DNA of 64,000 bases from sequence record OM135583.1; one strand, given 5' to 3'. A program made the translations under genes and the position numbers. The stretch's first letter is position 1, and each line of letters opens with the position of its first letter. The stretch is from Escherichia phage EP01. Under the pieces are notes generated by a model. It had not been told where the DNA came from. It saw only the letters and a list, made by a program, of their open reading frames with translations, and did not search any database. Below, one piece after another: positions 1-10,275 of this stretch.

Positions 1-2178
1 TTAGGCCGCAAGGGCCTTCATAGTTTTAGCGATTTGGGAAACTTCATCATCACTTAAAGAGTTGCGATAACCGATGAAATCGGAAACAATACGGAATTTC
101 TTGGTAAACTCAGCAACCATTTTATCACTGTTTTTTGAAGCATTATTTGATAATACATCAAAAAGATTAGTTACTGTCCAGATGTCATGACCGATGGTAC
201 CTTTTCCACCGTTGAAATATATACCCTGCAATGAACTAACCATATTACCAAGGCGAGTATATTCTTCGGAAACTTCATCTACACTGAAGTACTTCATCAT
301 AAAATCTAACTCAGGATACTTGATAATTTTATCAATATATCGTTTAGCTGAACTTGAATAACCTACATACTTATCATAATCTACATCATCAAAAGCATCT
401 ACATATAAATCACGCAAAGTTTCAAAAATACATTGACACTGACCGAGTTCTTTTACCTTTTTCTGTAAAAGTGGACGAATAACATAAAATTCATTAATGC
501 CAATAAGATTAGCCATACGAATCAAAATATTCGTAGATGGATGACAAAGCGATGTAGTACCATCCATAGAGAAAATATCAGAACGATGCATATATGCTAC
601 ATAACCAGTAATTTCATCTGCTTCTGATGTGAGCGTAAACAGTTCCTCTTTTTCCCAGCGCCCGTCTTTAATTTCAAACTTAAATGCAGTAGCAGCTTTA
701 GGACGAGGAGCTGTACTTTTTACTGCCTTTGGAATATAACTTTTAACTAAAGCTTCAATTTCTGACAAATAATGAATGTTAACTTCATCACTTTCAAACA
801 TTGCCATAATATCAGGGAGTAAATCAATCTGTGATTCTACTTCCGGATTAATAAACAGAAGACGCTCATTGTGATGAATATTTAAGGTGTTATTAAATTC
901 GCTATCATCTAATGCACGTGCTAATCCACGGACAATATTAACACGATTTTTAGTATTATCAATAACAATATTAATTTTTGTCGTATTAATACCAAACAGA
1001 CGATAGCTTGATGCAACGGCTGAAGTTTCATGACTTTGCTTAATGCGTTTTAGTCGAGGGTCAAGATTTACTTCATACACAACTCCTGCATTACATAACT
1101 TACTGTCAGGTTCAAACATGCTTTGCATCTTCTTATATGACAGATTTTTAGTCGTGAATTTGACCGAATTGCTAATCATATAATCTCGAGCAGAATATCC
1201 CATCTTCATCAATTCACGGTATGTATGACGAGGAGATGTAGATTCTTTAAATCGTTTTACATCTTCATTAAATGCCTTCTCACTAAGCTCTTTAACACGC
1301 TCAATAATATTTTTACGAGTACGATCATCCAATGAAAGAGCCTCACGCGATGGGGCAATATCAAGTGAACCCATTGGAAACTTAATATAATTCACTTCAT
1401 TGCGAATGCTTAACCAGTTACGCTCTCTAATAACGCCATCAATAGGATAAACAATACCACCATAGATAGCGTACAATCCACCACGATCTGGCCAGTATCT
1501 TTCTGGATTTACGCCGTAGTAGTCATCAAAATCCGGAAAATAATCAATTTCGCGGTCAAGACCATTAATGATAGCCAAATCTTTGAATGGTCGCATGATA
1601 TAAGAAACTTCATAAGCAAAGTTTCTAAAATCTTTTTCTTCAACTGGAACTACGATTTCAATACCAGTTTTATCGTTTGGACCCATTTCTTTTACGAATG
1701 TAGGTTTAATCTGTGGACCATCACCATCCATGTAAGCTACATAACCGCGAATTTCGCCTTTATGATATGAAGTAATACTAAATGTATCAGTATAACTAAA
1801 CGGAGATTTAGAACCTAAACCAAATCCACCAATGAAATCGTTAGATTCAGCCTTAGATGAACTAAAGTATGAATTATACAACCCAGGAGAATTATCATCA
1901 CCCTGAATATCAAAATCGCTCATACCCGGACCAAAATCTCGACAAACAAATCGCGGGTCTAATCGTCCGGGAACTTGAATGATAAATTTTTCAGGATTTC
2001 CATTGAGAGCATGTGCATCAATCATGTTGGTAATCAATTCACGTACTACTGCGCGAATCTTGTTTGTATACAAATCAGATGACAGAATTTTAAATACTTT
2101 AGGAGATGCTGTGATGCTAAATGCTTTTGATTTAGAACCATTACCAAGAATAGTTTCTTTTTCAGTGGTGATAATCAT
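1..2178 (-). CDS. rIIA: rIIA protein, 725 aa (N-terminal HATPase-like region)
   Basis: Full-length 725-aa ORF whose size, N-terminus and position next to gene 39 match T4 rIIA; stop codon at positions 1-3. Confidence 0.93.
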   Translation of the reverse strand: MIITTEKETILGNGSKSKAFSITASPKVFKILSSDLYTNKIRAVVRELITNMIDAHALNGNPEKFIIQVPGRLDPRFVCRDFGPGMSDFDIQGDDNSPGLYNSYFSSSKAESNDFIGGFGLGSKSPFSYTDTFSITSYHKGEIRGYVAYMDGDGPQIKPTFVKEMGPNDKTGIEIVVPVEEKDFRNFAYEVSYIMRPFKDLAIINGLDREIDYFPDFDDYYGVNPERYWPDRGGLYAIYGGIVYPIDGVIRERNWLSIRNEVNYIKFPMGSLDIAPSREALSLDDRTRKNIIERVKELSEKAFNEDVKRFKESTSPRHTYRELMKMGYSARDYMISNSVKFTTKNLSYKKMQSMFEPDSKLCNAGVVYEVNLDPRLKRIKQSHETSAVASSYRLFGINTTKINIVIDNTKNRVNIVRGLARALDDSEFNNTLNIHHNERLLFINPEVESQIDLLPDIMAMFESDEVNIHYLSEIEALVKSYIPKAVKSTAPRPKAATAFKFEIKDGRWEKEELFTLTSEADEITGYVAYMHRSDIFSMDGTTSLCHPSTNILIRMANLIGINEFYVIRPLLQKKVKELGQCQCIFETLRDLYVDAFDDVDYDKYVGYSSSAKRYIDKIIKYPELDFMMKYFSVDEVSEEYTRLGNMVSSLQGIYFNGGKGTIGHDIWTVTNLFDVLSNNASKNSDKMVAEFTKKFRIVSDFIGYRNSLSDDEVSQIAKTMKALAA

Positions 2179-2188
2179 AATTTCCTCA

Positions 2189-2392
2189 TTAATTCATATT
2201 GCGTTTAATAACTTCAGCAACTTCTAGTAGTTCATCTTTAGTTGCGGTGTCGGATTGAATTTTATCTCTAATATTCTTAAAGCGGTTTTTAAACTCTTCG
2301 GCTTCTCCCATATCGAAAAAGCGTTGAATGATTCTATATTCTCGATGAACTGCTTTATCAAAAAGTTCTAAATTTACTTTATATGATTTCAT
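2189..2392 (-). CDS. small protein at the rIIA.1 position, 67 aa
   Basis: ORF between gene 39 promoter region and rIIA; early promoter immediately upstream. Confidence 0.6.
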   Translation of the reverse strand: MKSYKVNLELFDKAVHREYRIIQRFFDMGEAEEFKNRFKNIRDKIQSDTATKDELLEVAEVIKRNMN

Positions 2393-2417
2393 TTCAATAT
2401 CCTCATTTGCCCAATTA

Positions 2418-2447
2418 ATTATACCACATCCTTGTGGTAAAGTAAAC
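2418..2447 (-). promoter_or_regulatory. sigma70-type early promoter (GTTTAC -35, 17-nt spacer with CCACA/TGTGG palindrome, GGTATAAT -10)
   Basis: Plus strand attatacc...gtaaac; drives rIIA.1-rIIA. Confidence 0.7.
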
Positions 2448-4267
2448 TACTGGCTCATCCATTCTTTACGAAGGTCAGCATTATCTCCCATGAGCATTTC
2501 AAAAAGCTCTTTCCAATTCTCAGGAAGTTTAACAACATCATATACTGGGTTTTGAATCATCTCACGATATTCAGATTTTTCCAAAGAGCCAAGTCCCTTA
2601 ATATAACGGATGCTATGTTTAGGTAGAGCATCTTTGGCACTCTCATATTCAGCGACTGTATAAAACCATTCTTGTTTTTTGCCGACCTGTGCGATGATTA
2701 CAGGAGTTTTGACAAAGCGAATTCTTCCTTGTTCAAACAGTTCTGGCCAATTACTAAAAAATCCGAGCAAAGAAGGATAAATGCTTCCTAGACCATCATG
2801 GTCAGCATCGGTCATAATAGCAATATTATGATAATTCAAGTTTTCGGCTTTTTCACCAAGAACTAATCCAGTGATTGCGCAAATATCAAACAGTTCTTTG
2901 TTTTTAAGCATATCAGCATATGACATACCCCAACTGTTGAGAACTTTACCACGCAATGGATAACCGCCATGAAGTTCTTTATCACGAACATCAATAAGAT
3001 ATCCGATAGCAGAATCACCCTCAGTCAAGAAAAGAGTAGTGTCAGCATCTTTACCGCAAAGATTCGCTTTAATATGTTTATGAACCTTAGCTTTAGAAGC
3101 CTTTTTAGCTGCTTTAGTTTCTGCTGCCTTTTCTGCCGCCAATTTACGAGCCAAGGCAGCTTCAATGATTGGCATTAAAATTGCTTCATTATTTAAAATA
3201 GCACGTGAAATCTTTTTGGCATCAAGCTGAATATGACTACGGATTTCACCAAATGGAGAAGTCAAACGCTCTTTAGTTTGAGAATCAAATCGCATGTTTT
3301 TCATATCACGAACAAACATAACGATAGTCAAACATTCTTTAACACGTGCTTTAGTTACATCAATTTTGAATTTACGTTTGATTTGTGGAATAAGGTCTTC
3401 ACAAATATCATCCATAACGCAGTCAATGTGATGGCCACCATTCTTAGTATGAATGTTATTGACGTACGTTAATTGACGAAAACCATCAGGTGAACGACCA
3501 ACCGCAATAGAACAGTTTTCTTGTTCTTGAACGATGGCGTGTTCATCATATTGGCGTGCATATTTCTTAAAATTACCCTGAACCTTTTTACCATTAAAGG
3601 TAAATTGAATATCAGGATAAACTACTGCAAGTGTTTGGAGACGATCTAGTGTAATGTCAAGATAAACCTGAGATAGCTCATTAGTTTCAAATGACATAAA
3701 ATCAGGAATGAAAGTAACACGAGTTCCTTTCCATTTTCCAGGAATAGTTTCCCAGGATTTATTTTCCATGCCATTTGAACAACGAACTACAATATTATTT
3801 TGACCGTCGCCAGTTTCACCGACAAACATCACAGAAAAAATGTTAGTTAAACTAGAACCAACACCGTTCATACCGCCAGTGACGCGTTCTTTATCATCGC
3901 CAAAGTTACCACCTGCTTTTGGAATAGTCCATGCAGCAACAGGACCAGGAATTTCTTCACCGGTAGGTGTTTTAACCATCGCCTGTGGAATACCACGACC
4001 GTTATCTTCAACTGTTACCTGATTATTTTTAATGGTAACATTAATTTTATTTGCGAATTTAAACTTAGTACGAATACCTTCATCTACTGAGTTATCGATA
4101 ATTTCATCAATAAGCTTAACAAGACCAGGTACATACTGAACACTTTCCCATTTACCAAACAGAAAGCGCTCATGCATTTCATTAGCAGAAGAGCCAATAT
4201 ACATGCCGCTACGCTTTTTGATATGTTCAATATCGCTCAGAATTTTAATTTCATTCTTAATCATCAC
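2447..4267 (-). CDS. 39: DNA topoisomerase II large (ATPase, GyrB-like) subunit, unsplit gene 39+60 form, 606 aa
   Basis: GyrB-like ATPase N-terminus (EDNGRGIP motif region); continuous 606-aa ORF, no bypass gap or mobA insertion. Confidence 0.9.
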   Translation of the reverse strand: MMIKNEIKILSDIEHIKKRSGMYIGSSANEMHERFLFGKWESVQYVPGLVKLIDEIIDNSVDEGIRTKFKFANKINVTIKNNQVTVEDNGRGIPQAMVKTPTGEEIPGPVAAWTIPKAGGNFGDDKERVTGGMNGVGSSLTNIFSVMFVGETGDGQNNIVVRCSNGMENKSWETIPGKWKGTRVTFIPDFMSFETNELSQVYLDITLDRLQTLAVVYPDIQFTFNGKKVQGNFKKYARQYDEHAIVQEQENCSIAVGRSPDGFRQLTYVNNIHTKNGGHHIDCVMDDICEDLIPQIKRKFKIDVTKARVKECLTIVMFVRDMKNMRFDSQTKERLTSPFGEIRSHIQLDAKKISRAILNNEAILMPIIEAALARKLAAEKAAETKAAKKASKAKVHKHIKANLCGKDADTTLFLTEGDSAIGYLIDVRDKELHGGYPLRGKVLNSWGMSYADMLKNKELFDICAITGLVLGEKAENLNYHNIAIMTDADHDGLGSIYPSLLGFFSNWPELFEQGRIRFVKTPVIIAQVGKKQEWFYTVAEYESAKDALPKHSIRYIKGLGSLEKSEYREMIQNPVYDVVKLPENWKELFEMLMGDNADLRKEWMSQ

Positions 4268-4316
4268 TTATCCTCGTTTGGTTTCGGGAATATTATACTC
4301 CGGTAATCATAAAGCT

Positions 4317-4334
4317 AAAGGCCCGAAGGCCTTT
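4317..4334 (-). terminator. stable UUCG-tetraloop hairpin
   Basis: aaaggcc-cgaa-ggccttt, 7-bp stem; at 3' end of lipoprotein gene. Confidence 0.45.
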
Positions 4335-4606
4335 TATTTAAAACGGATAGTCGAATCTTTGAAAAATAGACCAGAACATACGGTTCCTTCTACTTTCTGT
4401 CCGGTAGGTCCAATAGCACGAAATCCAGTATGCTGGAAATCATTTTCAGAGCAACCGAACCAATTGTATCCAGTGATTTCAATATTAGTAAAACCACTTG
4501 AAGACAAAACTTTGGTTGCATTATCAGCATCAGTACATCCTACTAAAGATACTGCTAATACTAATGCCGCGATAGAACGATTAACATATTTCATAATTTC
4601 ACTCAA
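4334..4606 (-). CDS. predicted lipoprotein, 90 aa
   Basis: Signal peptide with lipobox LVGC near N-terminus. Confidence 0.55.
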   Translation of the reverse strand: MSEIMKYVNRSIAALVLAVSLVGCTDADNATKVLSSSGFTNIEITGYNWFGCSENDFQHTGFRAIGPTGQKVEGTVCSGLFFKDSTIRFK

Positions 4607-4970
4607 ATTTAATGGCTTGAAGGAGACTAATAATTCTCAAGCGACTTCTTTCATCTTTAACTGTAAAAGAAAGAGGGTCACCAGATTTCATAGTGATAGT
4701 ACATTCAAAATCAAAATCTTCAGGAACTTCTTCGAAGAAGTCAAATTCTTCATCATAAATTAGAACATTACTCTGAAAACTGTGAAGAATTTTTCCATCA
4801 TTTCCAGATGCTGTACTAATCATTGTAACATTATGGCCTTTCATATCTTCAACGATAAATTCGCTTGTAGATATTACGGCATTAATAGAACCATTCCTAT
4901 AAATAGCAGACATTAGATATTTCTTTTCTTCGCCTTCGCGAATACGATACTTCTTACCGATTTTAAACAT
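4599..4970 (-). CDS. hypothetical protein, 123 aa
   Basis: ORF track; co-directional tight packing. Confidence 0.5.
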   Translation of the reverse strand: MFKIGKKYRIREGEEKKYLMSAIYRNGSINAVISTSEFIVEDMKGHNVTMISTASGNDGKILHSFQSNVLIYDEEFDFFEEVPEDFDFECTITMKSGDPLSFTVKDERSRLRIISLLQAIKFE

Positions 4971-4972
4971 AA

Positions 4973-5149
4973 TTACCCTTTAAGTAAGTCGTAAAAACCA
5001 CCATTCACATGCTTAGGAGCAGAAGGCCGACGAGTAGACAAACGATGACATTTAGGGCAAACATCATTTTCTCGTTCAGAAATCTTTTTAATTTTTTCAT
5101 ATTCATGCCCACAATCTTCGGATTGGCATTTATAATCATACATTGGCAT
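4973..5149 (-). CDS. FmdB-like zinc-ribbon protein, 58 aa (below ORF-track cutoff)
   Basis: Hand-translated: MPMYDYKCQSEDCGHEY...CPKCH, two CxxC pairs; AAGGA Shine-Dalgarno upstream of ATG. Confidence 0.5.
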   Translation of the reverse strand: MPMYDYKCQSEDCGHEYEKIKKISERENDVCPKCHRLSTRRPSAPKHVNGGFYDLLKG

Positions 5150-5151
5150 AA

Positions 5152-5571
5152 TTATTCCTTAAAGTGTGCTTTCAACATCTGATACAAGGACCATGCCTGT
5201 TCATTATTTTCAATAGTAACTTTCATGACTGGGAATTCTGTGAAATCTTCTATTTGTTCTTGCTCTTCCTGCTCTTGTTCTTCAGCTGCCTGGTATGGAT
5301 TTTCCACTTCATCAAAGAACCCAGCTTCGTTAGTAGAGAGCCAGATAAAGTTTTCGTCAAGGATATCAGCGCCGGCACAACGTCTGAGTACACCTGTGGA
5401 TGTCACAATTTTAGTAGGACGCCCAAGATAATCAGCATCTAAAATTTTAAAAGGTTCCATACCTAAACGTCGTGCATAGATTCCGTTATCAGTATGGTCT
5501 TTAATAAAATTTTCTTGAGCTTGTTTATTTTTAAATTGATACCATTTATTAACTTCAAATTTAATAGCCAT
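5152..5571 (-). CDS. hypothetical protein with acidic EQ-repeat, 139 aa (goF position)
   Basis: ORF track; [10 protein letters not shown] low-complexity stretch; synteny only. Confidence 0.5.
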   Translation of the reverse strand: MAIKFEVNKWYQFKNKQAQENFIKDHTDNGIYARRLGMEPFKILDADYLGRPTKIVTSTGVLRRCAGADILDENFIWLSTNEAGFFDEVENPYQAAEEQEQEEQEQIEDFTEFPVMKVTIENNEQAWSLYQMLKAHFKE

Positions 5572-5786
5572 TAATAAATTTCCTTCCAGTAAGTTGTACC
5601 GTCTTCAGTGATTTCACGGAATACACCGTAAATCGGTTGTTTATCACCGACTTTCTCATACACATAAACAGAAGTCAAGTGAGTAAACTTAATGGTGTGT
5701 TCCTTTTGAACCACTACCAAATCTGGATCGAATAATACATCTTCAAATTCGTCATTAGTGCAGTTCTGAACAATTTTACGTTTCAT
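5571..5786 (-). CDS. hypothetical protein, 71 aa
   Basis: ORF track; start overlaps upstream stop. Confidence 0.5.
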   Translation of the reverse strand: MKRKIVQNCTNDEFEDVLFDPDLVVVQKEHTIKFTHLTSVYVYEKVGDKQPIYGVFREITEDGTTYWKEIY

Positions 5787-5799
5787 TATAATTTCCTCA

Positions 5800-6081
5800 T
5801 TAATTGAACAGTGGAGCGATGCGTTTCAGAAGAGTAGCAGCACCTTTGGCAAATTTTACATCATGAAAAACAGTTTCTTCTTCCGTTACAACACGAGCTT
5901 TAATGTTTTCACAATCCCAATTTTTGCGAACAATCTTCAAAAGCTGCAGTAAATCTTTACATTCAGCAATATCGATAACACATCCACGAGAATCTTCCAT
6001 TATCGCACGATAACCGTAAGCCATACCATAATCGTTGAAAGATTGTTCGATGATAATTAAGTTTTCCATTTTATTCTCCAA
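5800..6081 (-). CDS. hypothetical protein, 93 aa, MENKM-type N-terminus
   Basis: ORF directly downstream of a repeated promoter/RBS cassette. Confidence 0.5.
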   Translation of the reverse strand: MENKMENLIIIEQSFNDYGMAYGYRAIMEDSRGCVIDIAECKDLLQLLKIVRKNWDCENIKARVVTEEETVFHDVKFAKGAATLLKRIAPLFN

Positions 6082-6160
6082 GTTGTTTTCTGTATCAGTA
6101 GTTGATATTGATATAGTACCATAATCAACTACTGATGTATATAGTTTTATGAAAAAATTT
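6062..6160 (-). repeat. repeated promoter/stem-loop/RBS cassette, copy A
   Basis: Shares ttattctccaa...tgtatcagtagttgata...tatagtaccataa...gaaaaaatttt with copies B and C; 13-bp inverted repeat. Confidence 0.65.
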
Positions 6161-6166
6161 TAAACT

Positions 6167-6658
6167 TTATGCACAGCGAGCTTTGCTATAGTGTTTAATC
6201 CAACTTTCGGGAATGACTTTGTATGTTCCTAAAAATACTGCGTTGTACAACTTAACGCCATCTTCTACCCATTGATCGGTAATGTATGCACACATAGCGC
6301 GGGTACGGTGAACAACCCCTTCCTCACCTTCGGTAAATTCGAATTCACAAGGAGCAACGAACTTAATAGCCTGACCGAGTTTCCACTTAAAGTCTACACC
6401 TACATGCGAAGTATCAATTGTTTCAATTCCTTTAGCAGGAACAGCTTTCAAAAACGCAGATTCAAGAAATTTCGCACGAACATAGCCAAACTGAGGTTTA
6501 GACTTTCCATCTTTAGGAATGATACGCACTTTTACTTCAGAATCTTCATCTTTAACGCCGTGTTTAAGCTGAATGCTTACAATTTCAACCAATTTTCCTG
6601 CTGCTTTAGAACGGGATTTATCAGATACACGAGCAATTTCACCAATATTAATAATCAT
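6167..6658 (-). CDS. hypothetical protein, 163 aa (motB position)
   Basis: ORF track; early promoter upstream; synteny only. Confidence 0.5.
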   Translation of the reverse strand: MIINIGEIARVSDKSRSKAAGKLVEIVSIQLKHGVKDEDSEVKVRIIPKDGKSKPQFGYVRAKFLESAFLKAVPAKGIETIDTSHVGVDFKWKLGQAIKFVAPCEFEFTEGEEGVVHRTRAMCAYITDQWVEDGVKLYNAVFLGTYKVIPESWIKHYSKARCA

Positions 6659-6702
6659 AGTTATCTCTCACTTGTTAAAAAGATTTTATACTCCACAGGA
6701 CC

Positions 6703-6732
6703 ATTATACTCTGGTCCCAAGAGTTTGTAAAC
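6703..6732 (-). promoter_or_regulatory. early promoter upstream of the 163-aa gene
   Basis: GTTTAC-N17-GTATAAT on minus strand. Confidence 0.6.
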
Positions 6733-6802
6733 TTAATTTAATTCACTAAACGATGATTCAACACGGTAAATTTTCATTTTATTATCCTCAGTAGCTATGG
6801 TG

Positions 6803-6834
6803 TTATAATACCACAACTAACCGAGGAAGTAAAC
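6803..6834 (-). promoter_or_regulatory. early promoter
   Basis: GTTTAC-N17-GTATTAT on minus strand. Confidence 0.55.
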
Positions 6835-6840
6835 AACTTT

Positions 6841-7524
6841 TTATCGTTTTGTTGGAAGAGATAGAGGATCGCACTCTTCCTCTGACGGAGCATCTTCAAG
6901 ACCCATAGCATATCGCAAAGCATACTTCATCATCAAGATGTCTTTCGCACAGTCATGAATAGAATCATGTGCAACGAATCCATCTAAAGTTCCCTTTGGA
7001 AGAGGACACGTGGTCATATTACGAACAAGCAGAAGTGCTTCAATTCTGGTACGAATATCACGCTGATTCCAGAATTTACATGGTTCTAACTTAAATGTGT
7101 CAAGTTCATTCTCAGATACGCCATTAAGACGTTGAATATCGCGAATGAGATCGACTAAAATTGGAAAATCAAACGACATTCCACGGCACCAGCCTTGAGA
7201 TTTCCAAGGATCGATGTTATGTGCATTGATGTAATCATTAAATTTTACAATACCATCGATAGTGCTTACATCTTCATCTGATGGTGCAATATTTTTTCGA
7301 GCTTCAGGAGACTGATTTTTCCACCATTCGATAGTACTTTTAGTAAAAAGACGATGTCCTTTTTGGCTTTTTAAATCAAATTTGATTTTAATGCCGCGCG
7401 AAACTAATTCATCAAATGATTCAACTACTTCTGGATTAGGGTCAAAGGCAATAACAGCCAAATCAATAACAGCTGCCTTTTCACCGCTTCCCATTGTTTC
7501 AAAATCTATAATAAAATCAAACAT
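6841..7524 (-). CDS. dexA: exonuclease A (DEDD-type 3'-5' exonuclease), 227 aa
   Basis: DFETMG exonuclease motif near N-terminus; start trimmed to internal ATG at 7524 to give T4-like length. Confidence 0.8.
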   Translation of the reverse strand: MFDFIIDFETMGSGEKAAVIDLAVIAFDPNPEVVESFDELVSRGIKIKFDLKSQKGHRLFTKSTIEWWKNQSPEARKNIAPSDEDVSTIDGIVKFNDYINAHNIDPWKSQGWCRGMSFDFPILVDLIRDIQRLNGVSENELDTFKLEPCKFWNQRDIRTRIEALLLVRNMTTCPLPKGTLDGFVAHDSIHDCAKDILMMKYALRYAMGLEDAPSEEECDPLSLPTKR

Positions 7525-7777
7525 TAATAACCGCCTTATAAAGATGGCTAATTTCACCTAAAACGTAATCACTGATTGTAACAGTTTTCACTTCACCACA
7601 AAAGAATTCTAACGCAATCAAATCTCGTTCAATTTCTTCCAATTGAAGCATTAACTTACTAGACTCAATTTTCACAGTTTCATAATTTTTACTATAAGAT
7701 ATTTCATAAATTTCGCTTACTTTATCTTGAAGCAGATAAAACTGGTCTTTAGTTATTTCCACGAATAGCTTCCTCAA
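7517..7777 (-). CDS. hypothetical protein, 86 aa
   Basis: ORF track. Confidence 0.45.
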   Translation of the reverse strand: MRKLFVEITKDQFYLLQDKVSEIYEISYSKNYETVKIESSKLMLQLEEIERDLIALEFFCGEVKTVTISDYVLGEISHLYKAVINV

Positions 7778-7783
7778 ATTTAA

Positions 7784-9103
7784 TCATACGTAAAACACAT
7801 CATAACGACCACGTGTTACACCAACATAAAGAAGCTGCTGAGCTAGCTCAGCATCCGCATAATGAATACAAGGCGTATAGATAAAAGCACGATCTACAGA
7901 CATGCCCTGAGCTTTATGGAATGTTGATGCAGGAAGTGCTTTCACTTTACTAAACTGTGATTTAGCATCCCAAAAATCACTCCACGGAGCTTTTCCACCT
8001 TTATTCCAATTTTTGTAAGTTTCTGCAGTTTTACCTAAAAATAAGTTAAACTTATACAGCTCTTCATCAGATGAAATTATTTTAATCCTTTCACGATAAT
8101 ATTCATCATCGCCGTAAGTTTCTACTGTTAAATCCCAATGACGAATTAGATATTCTCCAGGAACACCACGAGCTTTAACAAATGTTGATGTATACTCTGC
8201 TTCTATAATACGAACTAATTGTCCGTTATTAAAAATAATTTCTGACACAGGCTTTCCATCAATTTTATATGTTTTAATTAATGGTTCCTGCATTACAATA
8301 ATTTCACCGACAATAAAATCTTTATCAGTTTCAAAAATCTTTTTACGAATAATGCTATTTAACTTGTCAACAGATTTATTCGTAAATGCCATTACGCGAT
8401 TTTCAAACAAATCATCTAGTGATTTAACGATTGAAAAATAATTTACCATAAAATCGCGTAAAGCGGTATCACCGGTAAATCCACGTACTCCATGCCCGTC
8501 AACAACTTTATCATAAATCCACTTACCGTTGCGAACATCAGTAGCTACATCAATAATAGGAGCATTACTGCGTTTAACTTCGGTGAGTTCACACTGATAA
8601 AAATCTTTGTGCGTAAAGAATGGACTGATATAAGCAGTATTTTCTCCTGGGTCAACAGGTCTAATTTGCTTATTATCACCTATTCCAATTATAGTACACC
8701 ATGGCGGGATGGTTGAAAGCAAAATTTTAAATAGCTTTCTATCATACATTGATACTTCGTCGCAGATTAATACTCTGCATTTAGCCAAATCCGGTACTTC
8801 TTTTTGCTCAAAAAGAACGTTTTCTTCGTATGTTACTGGGTTAATTTTGAGAATACTGTGAATAGTACTCGCTTCTTTCCCTGACAGTTTTGAAAGAATC
8901 TTTTTAGCTGCATGAGTAGGAGCTGCTAAAATAATTCCAGTTTCGCCTGTAGATATTAAAGCTTCAATGATGAACTTAGTAAGAGTAGTCTTACCGGTAC
9001 CAGCAGGTCCATTAATAGTTACATGATGTTTCTTTTCTTTAATAGCCCTCATAACAATGTTAAAGGCATTTTTCTGGCCTTCTGTCAAATCATCAAATGT
9101 CAT
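7784..9103 (-). CDS. dda: Dda DNA helicase (SF1B), 439 aa
   Basis: Walker A GPAGTGKT; length and synteny match T4 Dda. Confidence 0.92.
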   Translation of the reverse strand: MTFDDLTEGQKNAFNIVMRAIKEKKHHVTINGPAGTGKTTLTKFIIEALISTGETGIILAAPTHAAKKILSKLSGKEASTIHSILKINPVTYEENVLFEQKEVPDLAKCRVLICDEVSMYDRKLFKILLSTIPPWCTIIGIGDNKQIRPVDPGENTAYISPFFTHKDFYQCELTEVKRSNAPIIDVATDVRNGKWIYDKVVDGHGVRGFTGDTALRDFMVNYFSIVKSLDDLFENRVMAFTNKSVDKLNSIIRKKIFETDKDFIVGEIIVMQEPLIKTYKIDGKPVSEIIFNNGQLVRIIEAEYTSTFVKARGVPGEYLIRHWDLTVETYGDDEYYRERIKIISSDEELYKFNLFLGKTAETYKNWNKGGKAPWSDFWDAKSQFSKVKALPASTFHKAQGMSVDRAFIYTPCIHYADAELAQQLLYVGVTRGRYDVFYV

Positions 9104-9411
9104 CGTAAATTCCCTGCAATTGGTATACTAACAATACGCCCAGTATCTAAAATTCGCCGATATAATCTTTGTGTGTCTACATCAGGCTTAACATGTTTAA
9201 CTTCTATTTTATTAAACCAAAACTTGCGTGGAGTCTCAACTAATCTCGGAATTCCCATACCTAAAGCTAGTCGATACTGCTCTTTAAGAGTTGTAAAAAC
9301 TTTATCAGCAATCTCCCTTTCAAAAAATACAGCAGGACGATGTTCATCAAGAGGAACAGGCACCGCAAATCCATCTTTATCTCTATACACTATCGCATAT
9401 ACATAAAACAT
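9100..9411 (-). CDS. hypothetical protein, 103 aa
   Basis: ORF track; overlaps dda start by 4 nt. Confidence 0.5.
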   Translation of the reverse strand: MFYVYAIVYRDKDGFAVPVPLDEHRPAVFFEREIADKVFTTLKEQYRLALGMGIPRLVETPRKFWFNKIEVKHVKPDVDTQRLYRRILDTGRIVSIPIAGNLR

Positions 9412-9412
9412 A

Positions 9413-10159
9413 TTATCCTCGGATAAGTTTAAAAATTGAACAATTTAACGGATATCCTCTTTTCAGTTTAAGTTTATCAATAAAAGACAAGTTTTGATAC
9501 CGCTCTACACCTTGAATAATTTTATCACACATATCATATTGCATTTCTGCTTCTGACAACTTTTTCACAGTTTTCCAATCCGAGCCTTTAAGAAGAACGT
9601 TCAATTTAACAACTTCAGCGCCTTCTGCTATACGAGAACCATCAATACGAGCTTTAAGCGCTATAATCGTTAGCTTAATGTCAGATGTTTGTTTTGACTT
9701 AGAAAGCTGAGAAATGTGCTCAATTCGGTTTTCACGTTTTTTCTGTATAGCTTTAATTTGATTATAAGTCTTTTTGATTTTAGCCCATTTCTTTTCATCT
9801 AAATTTAGTTTATGAACTTTTTTCGCAGATGAACGACCAATTCGCAAAGCAAATAAATCACGCTTTTCAATCAACTCTTCTAAAGTATAATCAGAACGAA
9901 ATGTATTATACTTTTTCTTTACTGCAATAACATTCCCTTTAATATATCCAACGTTATTATCAAAACGTTCTAATGATAATTTCTCTCCTTCAATACGATT
10001 ATCAAAAGGTTCTCCCGAGTAAGCGCAAACTTTCTGATCTAAAATGTTCTTAATGTAATTGAAGTCTAAGTTAAAATCTTTAGAACGTCTTTTGGCAGAT
10101 GCCTGAGTATGCTCTAAACGACGTGTAATTTTACGAATTTGATTTTTAGACAGTTTCAT
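9413..10159 (-). CDS. basic hypothetical protein, 248 aa (srd position)
   Basis: Lys/Arg-rich ORF with early promoter upstream; synteny only. Confidence 0.5.
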   Translation of the reverse strand: MKLSKNQIRKITRRLEHTQASAKRRSKDFNLDFNYIKNILDQKVCAYSGEPFDNRIEGEKLSLERFDNNVGYIKGNVIAVKKKYNTFRSDYTLEELIEKRDLFALRIGRSSAKKVHKLNLDEKKWAKIKKTYNQIKAIQKKRENRIEHISQLSKSKQTSDIKLTIIALKARIDGSRIAEGAEVVKLNVLLKGSDWKTVKKLSEAEMQYDMCDKIIQGVERYQNLSFIDKLKLKRGYPLNCSIFKLIRG

Positions 10160-10186
10160 ATTTTTCTCACGGACGGGTTAACTACT

Positions 10187-10219
10187 TATACTATAACATT
10201 TTTACTTCAGCTTGTAAAC
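10187..10219 (-). promoter_or_regulatory. early promoter upstream of the 248-aa gene
   Basis: GTTTAC -35 with TATAGT -10. Confidence 0.55.
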
Positions 10220-10275
10220 AACTTTATGAAAAATGCTTTAAAACTTTCATGGTATAATGAATCTAAGTCCTTCCA

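Noticed and set aside
2447-4267. Gene 60 translational bypass element
   Set aside because: The topoisomerase subunit is encoded as one continuous ORF with no gap or mobA-like insertion.
4203-4763. Plus-strand ORFs inside minus-strand genes (e.g. 4203-4763, 6272-6730, 9023-9406, 29906-30322, 61105-61698, 63127-63594)
   Set aside because: They are antisense shadow ORFs within well-supported minus-strand genes, with low-complexity translations and no convincing ribosome-binding sites.
9413-10159. HNH homing endonuclease call for the 248-aa basic protein
   Set aside because: It has a GNV-type motif but lacks the conserved histidines; synteny with the T4 srd position makes a mobile-element call unsafe.
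10250-10258. Plus-strand TGGTATAAT -10-like element
   Set aside because: No matching -35 or downstream plus-strand gene; probably chance in AT-rich DNA.
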